A stretch of 32,000 bases of DNA from Candidatus Hadarchaeales archaeon. Lineage in GTDB: Archaea; Hadarchaeota; Hadarchaeia; Hadarchaeales; Hadarchaeaceae. The stretch lies in assembly GCA_038823825.1 (NCBI GenBank), contig JAWBCC010000004.1:1-32000 (forward strand), written 5' to 3'. Each line of letters starts with the position of its first letter. Within the stretch, counting starts at the first letter, position 1. Below are positions 1-6,333 of the stretch, piece by piece. A program made the translations under genes and the position numbers. Under the pieces are notes generated by a model that searched no databases, was not told the DNA's origin, and saw nothing but the letters and a program-made list of their open reading frames with translations.

Positions 1-479
1 GAAGGATAGATAGCTCCTTCCTCGTAAACTGTCTCCCCAGAGAAGGCACACTTGGCTTCAGCGACCTCAAACTTGTTCAGTCCTATATGTCTTCTATCAC
101 CCAATCCATAGCTTCCAAACTGCCGGAGGGAAAGCAAAACGTGTGGAAGATATCGCGAATATTCTCCGAGGAGAAGTAGTTTGACCTCAATTTCTGCTCC
201 TTCTTTGAAATCCATAGGCTCTCCAAAGAATGGAGGAATGAAGATGATGGGACGTGGTGGGGGACTTTTTCCTTTTTTTGCATATGGATTCTCATAAGCT
301 GCGTAGAATAGACAATTCTCCCTAAACTTACAATCCTCACACTCATGCATGGGTCGGTAACAAACGATCTTCCTCAGATGTATTCCAAATCCACCTCTAA
401 AAGCGGATCCCATCCAGTAAGGTAAACTAGTGGGCCTTTGAAAGCGAAGCCGTAAGATCAAGGAAGTTAACTTCAGCAC
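1..479 (-). CDS. cas6: Cas6-family crRNA endoribonuclease (RAMP), N-terminal part only; gene runs off the window start
   Basis: Absent from the ORF track because it has no in-window stop. My minus-strand translation in the frame of ATG 413 is open from ~585 down to position 1. It reads ..LKLTSLILRLRFQRPTSLPYWMGSAFRGGFGIHLRKIVCYRPMHECEDCKFRENCLFYAAYENPY..PRPIIFIPPFFGEP..VKLLLLGEYSRYLPHVLLSLRQFGSYGLGDRRHIGLNKFEV. This is the GSxxRGxFG / C-x2-C / CxxY block I associate with PF10040-type Cas6. Start is uncertain (GTG 479, TTG 482 or ATG 413). The listed ORF 83..346 is the wrong frame of the same DNA. Confidence 0.6.
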   Translation of the reverse strand, partial: MLKLTSLILRLRFQRPTSLPYWMGSAFRGGFGIHLRKIVCYRPMHECEDCKFRENCLFYAAYENPYAKKGKSPPPRPIIFIPPFFGEPMDFKEGAEIEVKLLLLGEYSRYLPHVLLSLRQFGSYGLGDRRHIGLNKFEVAEAKCAFSGETVYEEGAIYP

Positions 480-588
480 CAAGAAAAAAGAGAGGGGAAG
501 TAGAAAAAAGGTTTTGGGATAGCGGTTCGGAGGTCCATCCTCTTCACAAATATCTCCTTGGAAATTAAGAGGAAAATTCCTCAAATTT

Positions 589-1380
589 TTATGACATCCT
601 CGGCCTTCTCCTTTCGCAGACTTTTCCTCCGCCATATAATCCTAATCTCATGAAAGTTTTCCAAAGTAGAAGTCCCATAGGTGTTATCTCCAACTCATCT
701 CTCTTTCGCTCTATCCATCCAAGTCTTTCCGCTTCAGAAATCACATCCTTTGGGAATTCTCTTTCTAATTGTAGCAGGTGTGCTTTCATATTTCTACACA
801 TGTGATTCATTAATCTTTGGAATTTCTCTTTCCTTCTCAGCCGAACCGGCATAGCGGGGAGCCTTACCACCTCCCTAAAGGATTCATGAATATACAAGAC
901 TGGAGCTCCGATCCCAGGCAAGTTGGAAGCCAAAAGCGCTATAGCAGTTTCAGGTTTGAATCCACCAGTTGCGTGGACGTAAACTGTGTCGTTTTGGAGA
1001 TAATGCGCCCTTATCAATTCTACAACCTTTTCAAAAAGTTTGGCCAATCCATGACGGAAGTTCTTTGGATCTCCGAGCCCGCTGATTTCCACCGATTCCA
1101 CGTAAATTCTCAATTTTAGTTGAGACAAAAAACTTTGAAGAATCTTTGCGCAGAGTCTCCCTTCCTCTGTGTCAGAGTGTAGCAGATACACGTAGTGCTG
1201 TTTGTCTTTCTTTTCCTCCAAGAGGGGAAGAAGTGTGTTCAATTCGGCACTGGCTTTTCTAGGATCTCGTTTGACAAAAGAGAGAAGTTCCCCCTCTGAG
1301 GGCTCTTTTCCTATTTCCCTTCTCACATTCGCTAGTAGGGAGGTTCCTGTGGTCACTATGTGGGCATTTATCGTCAACAT
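589..1380 (-). CDS. CARF-domain protein with C-terminal winged-helix-like region (APE2256/Crn1/Csa3-like; ring nuclease or cOA-responsive regulator)
   Basis: 263-aa ORF. N-terminal TTGTSLL and later ATGGFKPE are the two signature ligand-binding loops of CARF Rossmann domains. The Ser/Lys positions resemble those reported as catalytic in Crn1 ring nucleases. The C-terminal ~70 aa (GWIERKRDELEITPMGLLLWK) look like a wHTH. It sits between cas6 and csx1. Confidence 0.6.
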   Translation of the reverse strand: MLTINAHIVTTGTSLLANVRREIGKEPSEGELLSFVKRDPRKASAELNTLLPLLEEKKDKQHYVYLLHSDTEEGRLCAKILQSFLSQLKLRIYVESVEISGLGDPKNFRHGLAKLFEKVVELIRAHYLQNDTVYVHATGGFKPETAIALLASNLPGIGAPVLYIHESFREVVRLPAMPVRLRRKEKFQRLMNHMCRNMKAHLLQLEREFPKDVISEAERLGWIERKRDELEITPMGLLLWKTFMRLGLYGGGKVCERRRPRMS

Positions 1381-1422
1381 TTTTTATCTACCAAGAGGGT
1401 TATTAAAGATTGAGTTTAAACA
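1381..1422. promoter_or_regulatory. 42-bp divergent promoter region between the CARF-wHTH gene and csx1
   Basis: Only 42 bp separate the two divergent start codons. It contains TTTTTTATC (1380-1389) and TTATTAAAG (1401-1409) A/T boxes. Spacing implies leaderless or near-leaderless mRNAs in both directions. Confidence 0.3.
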
Positions 1423-2724
1423 ATGCGATCCATCCTGATATCCAGCTGGGGAAAGCCTTGGAGAACAGGGGGAGAATTCAGTTGGGAGAAGGTGGAATAC
1501 AGGCTGAAGGAAATCTCAAAGACCTCTAGGAGTTCTCTCCCCGTCCTCGTCGAACACACCAAACCAGAGAGGATAGTGATAGTGGTTTTGGACACTGTTG
1601 CAGAGAAAGTATGCTCAGACTACCAGAAACTCTGTAAAATGGTGGAGAAGCGTTACCTCGACTTCATACAAAAGGAGCTCGAAATCTCGGAGGAAGTGAA
1701 AGTGATTGTTGCTCCTGGTGTTGGAAACTTTAAGCTGAAGTTTAAGGGAGAGATGATGGATTTTTACCACTATGTCTTTTTCGAGCTCTCGAGAGAGTTG
1801 ATAGGACTGGAAAAACAATGTGAAGTTCATCTTGACATCACTCACGGGTTGAACTTCGCCCCAGTTCTTCTTCATGAAGCTTTGGAGCACATCCTTGGTA
1901 TTCTAGCGTACACCAAAAACATTAAGTTTTCCATCTACAATGCTGAACCTTTTATTCCGGGAACTAGGAAAAAATCATCCTTAACAATACACCGTATTGA
2001 ATATGGGGACGTGTATCCCAGCTTGGGCCCTAATAGAGTAGGCGGGAAAGGAGAAGCCCGCTTTCTCGCGGTCAGAGAGGAACATAAAAAGGATACAGAA
2101 TTTTGTAAAAAAATTTCAAAAGTCGCCAAAGTTTCCAATAGCAAAGAACTCAATGCCTTTCTCAGTGGAATAGTGAACGGCCTCCCGCTTTGCCTTTACA
2201 CCTTTTGTCCCGATCCTCAACGGCTGGAGAAAAAGTTGTCTTCGGCCGTGAAAGAGTGGAGGAAAAACGTGGAAATAAGATTCGGAGAAGTTGAGAGGAA
2301 AGTAAGCTTCACCCCTGATTTCACAAATTGCGTGAAGCTTTGGCTCGCTGCCAAGTCCTTTAACATCAAAAGGAAAGAAGCTGTAGTTCTGGAAGAGCTG
2401 AAAGAAAAGATGAGAAAGATATTTGGGTATGAGCGTTCGAAAGAGGCATTGATCTCCCATGAACTAGCAAAGATAAAGGAGGAAGCGGAAGCTAAGAAAA
2501 AAGAACTTAACAAATGGAAGTTGCTCAGAACTCTCTTTTCTAGTGAACAAATCTCTCCTTCCTTCGACCGGCGCAACTTTTTGGCACATGCTGGATTAGA
2601 GTATAACGTCACGGAACTGCGGTACTCAGAGAAGCTGGAGCTTCGATACAGAAAAAATCAACGGAAGGAAATAGCGAGCCATCTGGAAGGATTGCTCCAC
2701 AAAAAAGACGGGGCTTCCGGTTGA
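1423..2724 (+). CDS. csx1: Csx1-family CARF-HEPN ribonuclease (cOA-activated effector)
   Basis: 433-aa ORF. The N-terminal CARF part has the Csx1-typical DITHGLNF motif. The C-terminus carries the HEPN R-x4-H motif RNFLAH (R384..H389, nt 2572-2589). It lies adjacent to a type III effector operon. Confidence 0.75.
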   Translation: MRSILISSWGKPWRTGGEFSWEKVEYRLKEISKTSRSSLPVLVEHTKPERIVIVVLDTVAEKVCSDYQKLCKMVEKRYLDFIQKELEISEEVKVIVAPGVGNFKLKFKGEMMDFYHYVFFELSRELIGLEKQCEVHLDITHGLNFAPVLLHEALEHILGILAYTKNIKFSIYNAEPFIPGTRKKSSLTIHRIEYGDVYPSLGPNRVGGKGEARFLAVREEHKKDTEFCKKISKVAKVSNSKELNAFLSGIVNGLPLCLYTFCPDPQRLEKKLSSAVKEWRKNVEIRFGEVERKVSFTPDFTNCVKLWLAAKSFNIKRKEAVVLEELKEKMRKIFGYERSKEALISHELAKIKEEAEAKKKELNKWKLLRTLFSSEQISPSFDRRNFLAHAGLEYNVTELRYSEKLELRYRKNQRKEIASHLEGLLHKKDGASG

Positions 2725-3232
2725 GTTCCCGAAAGGGCTTCCCTCCTCACCCTTCGATTTCTTGGAGCTGATCAAGTACCAGCTAATCCTTCTCGTGAAC
2801 GAATACGTTGGATGAAAGGAAGATCTCAGATTTTTCTTGCAAGGGGAGCGGGAGGATTGTTGAGAGCAAACTCGTGAGGCTTCCTGACAGGTCGATGAGA
2901 TCAGGAAAAGGGGAGTTGCAAGGGTAGGTGGGAACCGCAGAGTATCACCGAGAAAATCGGCGAGGTCGGCGCTGGTTGCTTTCGGTTGGAAAGGTTCTGG
3001 GGGCCGGATCCAAGTTCTCCTTTGGAATGGATTTCTTTGAATTCGGCCAACCAAGTAACATCACAAGCAATACTTTCTGACCTCGCGGTAACCACCTTTC
3101 TGCTCACCTTTGGATGGAGTCAACCTCTAACCTTTTCCTTATTTTCTCTAATAAATAAGTCTTGAAAGAGTTAGAAGAGTACTAGGCTGCCTTTCCGGAT
3201 CCTTCCGTCCCATAGGGTTAAAGGGAGCCGGG

Positions 3233-3342
3233 ATTGCAATAGAGGATCCCTGAAACTGGGAATTGAAAGCCATCCAGGCTGGTTGTTCTCCATTTTTTAT
3301 CAACTGTTGCAATGGAGGATTCCCTGGAAATGGGATTAAAAG
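3233..3342 (+). CRISPR. Degenerate mini-array: psi-repeat (3233-3269), 36-nt psi-spacer (3270-3305), psi-repeat (3306-3342)
   Basis: ATTGCAATAGAGGATCCCTGAAACTGGGAATTGAAAG and GTTGCAATGGAGGATTCCCTGGAAATGGGATTAAAAG are both 37 nt. Both align to the reverse complement of the main repeat, GTTGCAGTGAAATGCCCCTGAAAATGGGGATTGAAAG. The first matches 27/37 ungapped and 20/22 in its 3' half. Spacing is 36 nt, and the hairpin is preserved by a compensatory C-G to T-A change. See finding. Confidence 0.7.
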
Positions 3343-3499
3343 CTCGTTATCAGCAGAGGATCGATGATGAGGCGAGATTACAAGCTTCGCCCCGTCTGCC
3401 AAGCGTTATAGCAAAGACCCTGAAAGTTAAGGAATAGAAGAGTCGCCATGAGTGATTGGGGTTTTAGACTTTTGAGAAATTTGAAACCTGAAACGTAAG

Positions 3500-3510
3500 T
3501 TTTTTTAAGG
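3500..3510 (+). promoter_or_regulatory. TATA-like box of the effector operon
   Basis: TTTTTTTAAGG is centred ~23 nt upstream of the cas11 ATG (3528), consistent with a leaderless or very short-leader archaeal transcript. Sequence pattern only. Confidence 0.3.
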
Positions 3511-3527
3511 ATAGCACTAAATACTAA

Positions 3528-3932
3528 ATGATGCCTCCAACAGAGGAGGATTTGATAAACTGGGGTACCGAAATAGGAACTTTAGCCTTCTCCGAGAAGA
3601 TAGAAAAGAGCCAGCTCGAAAAGCTGATTGCTTCACTTGAAAGCGTGAAAGATCCTCGTCTCGCTCTATATGTAACAGCTGCGTTTGCTTTAAGGCAGTC
3701 CCAGCGAGAAGAGCGAGGGAAGGCTCTTCTCACGAGGAAATTCGCGGAGCGGGTGGCATCTATTCTTCAACAAATTTACGAAGCCAACGGAAGCAAAACA
3801 GAAGCTCGCAAAATGCTTAGGTTTGCAAAGTGGATTGTGGAGGCCTCCACAGGGAGGCAGATCAGACCAGTTAAAACCCTTAAAGAATTCATTGACAGTT
3901 TGTCTGTGGAGGATGTAGGTGCCAGATTATAG
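3528..3932 (+). CDS. cas11: Type III small subunit Cas11 (Csm2/Cmr5-like)
   Basis: 134-aa, apparently all-helical protein and first gene of the operon. KSQLEKLI, LALYVTAAFALRQ and MLRFAKWIVEA resemble Csm2 family blocks. Size and position fit a small subunit. Confidence 0.55.
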   Translation: MMPPTEEDLINWGTEIGTLAFSEKIEKSQLEKLIASLESVKDPRLALYVTAAFALRQSQREERGKALLTRKFAERVASILQQIYEANGSKTEARKMLRFAKWIVEASTGRQIRPVKTLKEFIDSLSVEDVGARL

Positions 3933-4602
3933 AGACTTCGACACGCTTAAGAGTCTTACCAAAATCAGGGGGACCCTTATAAACCATACTCCGCTTCGCG
4001 TGGGGACGGGAAGGGAGGCGCCTCTTGAGGCAACGGTTGACATAGCCGTTTTCAGAGTGGGGGAAGTGCCCTGTATACCAGGATCAAGTCTGAAGGGGGT
4101 TTTACGGACCGCGGCGGAGACCCTCGCACGCTCTTTTGGAATTACCCCCCATCCTCCCTGGGACCTTCCGAAAGCCGAGAAGAAAGGTGACTTTTGCGAG
4201 ATTTGCGGGATTTTTGGGAATCAGGAGTTAATGAGCCATATAAAGGTCTATGACGCATATCCTCAAGGTGAAGCACAAATCTTCGTCAAGCCTGGAGTCG
4301 CGATTGATAGAAATTTCGGAAGCGTAGCACACGGATCTTTTTTCGAGGAGGAGTTGGTGGCCCCGGGTTGCAAGTGGAACTTTCGGGTAGATATCATAAA
4401 CATCCCGGTTTTCGAGGAGAGTACGGACAAGAGAGGGAAAATCTTGGAGACGCTCTTCCGTATGTTCACAACTACGGGACTGCATGTCGGGGCGAGGAGC
4501 ACAGTGGGGTCCGGCCTAACAGTTTTGGAGGACGTGAATTACGCCACGTATATCTTAACCGAAAAAGGGCTCGTTTTGAAAAAAGAGGGTAGAGTGCAAT
4601 AA
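3919..4602 (+). CDS. cas7: Cas7-family RAMP (Csm3/Cmr4-like backbone subunit)
   Basis: GTG start overlaps the cas11 end by 14 nt. Motifs are PLRVGTG..TVDIAVFRVGEVPCIPGSSLKGVLR, CEICGIFG and a C-terminal G-rich loop GARSTVGSG. An Asp (VDIAV) sits where the catalytic Asp of Csm3/Cmr4 lies. Confidence 0.8.
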   Translation: MPDYRDFDTLKSLTKIRGTLINHTPLRVGTGREAPLEATVDIAVFRVGEVPCIPGSSLKGVLRTAAETLARSFGITPHPPWDLPKAEKKGDFCEICGIFGNQELMSHIKVYDAYPQGEAQIFVKPGVAIDRNFGSVAHGSFFEEELVAPGCKWNFRVDIINIPVFEESTDKRGKILETLFRMFTTTGLHVGARSTVGSGLTVLEDVNYATYILTEKGLVLKKEGRVQ

Positions 4603-4603
4603 C

Positions 4604-5425
4604 ATGCAATGGATTTCACATGACAACATTCGTAGGGAAACTTCCTTCAACTTTATTCTGACAAACGAGGCTCCTTTAAGAATCGGATGCGGCGGAGAGC
4701 CTCCACTTGAAGCACTATCCGATCTCGCTGTTCTTAGAATTCCTTCCGAGTTCGGGGAAGTGCCATATATTCCGGGATCCAGCCTGAAGGGAGTCTTCAG
4801 AAGTTTTTGCGCGAAACTCCTTGCGCGGAAGGGGCTGAGGGTCTGCGAGTTGTCCGGAAATAGATGCGAGGTTGGGCGAGAGAGGAACATCGAACAGTTT
4901 GCGGAGCAGGCTTGTCTTCTGTGTAAAATTTTTGGTACGCAAGGGTACAGGGGGCTTGTGAGCTTTTCTGATGCCTTTCCTTGGAATGGCCAGCAGCTCT
5001 ATCCGTTCAGACTGGGTGTAAGAAGGGGAATTCGAATCGGCAGGAAATCCGGAAGAGCACAGAACCTTTTTGATGTTGAGTATGTAGAGCCGGGTGCAAA
5101 GTTTAAGTCAGGCATTCGTTGCCTCAACCTACCTAACTTTGCGCTCGGCCTGCTCTCGAGGGCCCTCCTTTGTCTACACGAGGGGGAGGTGAAGGTTGGA
5201 GGGTTCAAGACGAGGGGCTTCGGAGAGGTGAGGCTGGAAGAGGTCGAGATCAGAAATCGGGATGTCGGGGGAACCGGGAAGAAGATGACCGCTCTGGACC
5301 CGCAGGACAGAGAGATCGAGGTCGGGGAAATGGAAGTGGAGAACGATTGGTTAGTGGCAAGCGGGGATGCGGCTTGGAAGATTCTGAAGAAGCTGGCTCA
5401 ATGGTGGGAGGAAGCCAAGCTATGA
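4604..5425 (+). CDS. cas7: Cas7-family RAMP (Csm3/Cmr4-like), second paralog
   Basis: Motifs are PLRIGCGG..LSDLAVLRIPSEFGEVPYIPGSSLKGVFR, CLLCKIFGTQG and GGFKTRGFGEV. It starts 1 nt after the previous stop. Confidence 0.8.
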   Translation: MQWISHDNIRRETSFNFILTNEAPLRIGCGGEPPLEALSDLAVLRIPSEFGEVPYIPGSSLKGVFRSFCAKLLARKGLRVCELSGNRCEVGRERNIEQFAEQACLLCKIFGTQGYRGLVSFSDAFPWNGQQLYPFRLGVRRGIRIGRKSGRAQNLFDVEYVEPGAKFKSGIRCLNLPNFALGLLSRALLCLHEGEVKVGGFKTRGFGEVRLEEVEIRNRDVGGTGKKMTALDPQDREIEVGEMEVENDWLVASGDAAWKILKKLAQWWEEAKL

Positions 5426-6333
5426 GGAGGTTCAACGTAATCCAAGAACAGCCGAGGACGAGGGGAAGGTTTACGGGACTTTGCGGGGACCTCCAAGTTT
5501 CCATCGAGGTGGTAAGCGGACTTCATGTGGGCTCGGGTCAACTTCCAATAAAAGTAGATGAGGAGAAACTAGCCCAGACCATAGAACTTGACTACTGGTC
5601 CTTTCCCTTGGTCAATGAGAGGGCTGTCATACCGGGCTCAAGCGTGAAAGGGAACGTCAGGGCAAGGCTGGAACTTTCCTTTAAGGAAAAGGATGGCTGG
5701 TTCAGATCTTGTTTCACGGAGACGGGAAGGTTCCAAAAAGGCCCCTCGAAGGACGGGTCTTGGAGGCATTTCAAGATATGGGAGCCGTCGGTGAAGCAGA
5801 ATAGAATCGTTCCTAGGGAAGGAAAAGGGTCGCAATGCGATTTCGTGAAAGGAAAGCAGGAGAGAGTCTGCCTTCTCTGTGATCTTTTTGGGACAACCGG
5901 TCTGATCGGTCTGCTCGAGTTCAGCGACTTTATTCTCAGCGAAGGCAGGCTCTCCCCCCAGAAATTTAAGTACGGGTTAAAATTGTTGGTTGCGGAGATC
6001 GGCTCAGTTTTCACTGGGAAGGTGTGGTTCATGAACCTGAAGCCGGAAGAATTGGGACTGGTTTTATGGGGAATGGGTCTCAGGGATGGGAGAATCGGGA
6101 GGGGAGTTCTCATGGGAAGGCTGAAGTATGTGGGGCCGATTGGAAAGGTAAGATACAGACTAGACACATTTAAATTATCCCAGTTCTCGGAGCAACTGAA
6201 GTTGGATTCGGTTGAGATCAAAGCAGGCGACGAGGTGCAGGCCGACGACCAGCTCGCGAAGGAGCTTGTGGAGTTGGCAAGGCGCACGTATGGTGGAGAG
6301 CTTGAGGATATAGATGAGGTGAGCCTAAAATGA
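5422..6333 (+). CDS. Cas7-type RAMP, third paralog with large insertion
   Basis: I trim the listed ORF 5170..6333 to ATG 5422, which forms an ATGA overlap with the upstream stop at 5423-5425. The 84 codons upstream are low-complexity and overlap cas7-2 out of frame. Motifs are LHVGSG, VIPGSSVKGNVRARLE and CLLCDLFGTTG. Confidence 0.7.
   Translation: MRRFNVIQEQPRTRGRFTGLCGDLQVSIEVVSGLHVGSGQLPIKVDEEKLAQTIELDYWSFPLVNERAVIPGSSVKGNVRARLELSFKEKDGWFRSCFTETGRFQKGPSKDGSWRHFKIWEPSVKQNRIVPREGKGSQCDFVKGKQERVCLLCDLFGTTGLIGLLEFSDFILSEGRLSPQKFKYGLKLLVAEIGSVFTGKVWFMNLKPEELGLVLWGMGLRDGRIGRGVLMGRLKYVGPIGKVRYRLDTFKLSQFSEQLKLDSVEIKAGDEVQADDQLAKELVELARRTYGGELEDIDEVSLK

Noticed and set aside
83-346. Listed 87-aa minus-strand ORF
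   Set aside because: It is an alternative frame of the same DNA that encodes the Cas6-like protein. The Cas6 frame has clear family motifs and this one has none.
1376-1390. 11-nt identity (CATTTTTTATC) between the psi-spacer and the CARF/csx1 divergent promoter, which looked like a possible regulatory target
   Set aside because: It is A/T-rich and its flanks do not match. My rough estimate is that an 11-mer hit somewhere in 2 x 32 kb is about as likely as not by chance. An 8-nt hit at 411-418 and a gapped hit at 16783-16798 were rejected for the same reason.
3148-3402. 84-aa minus-strand ORF running antisense through the whole mini-array
   Set aside because: It has a TTG start, low-complexity sequence and no motif, so it is not called as a CDS. 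The possibility of a functional antisense transcript is kept only as a question under the 2725-3232 finding.
3405-3440. Possible third psi-repeat (GTTATAGCAAAGACCCTGAAAGTTAAGGAATAGAAG)
   Set aside because: Identity is only ~60% with internal shifts, and it lies 62 nt from psi-repeat 2, not a spacer-sized distance. It is not included in the mini-array coordinates.
5170-5421. N-terminal 84 codons of the listed ORF 5170..6333 (similarly 9526-9540 and 10404-10610 for the next two RAMP genes)
   Set aside because: They are Gly/Arg-rich low-complexity sequences that overlap the upstream gene out of frame. In-frame ATGs forming ATGA overlaps with the upstream stops give proteins beginning at normal RAMP N-termini.
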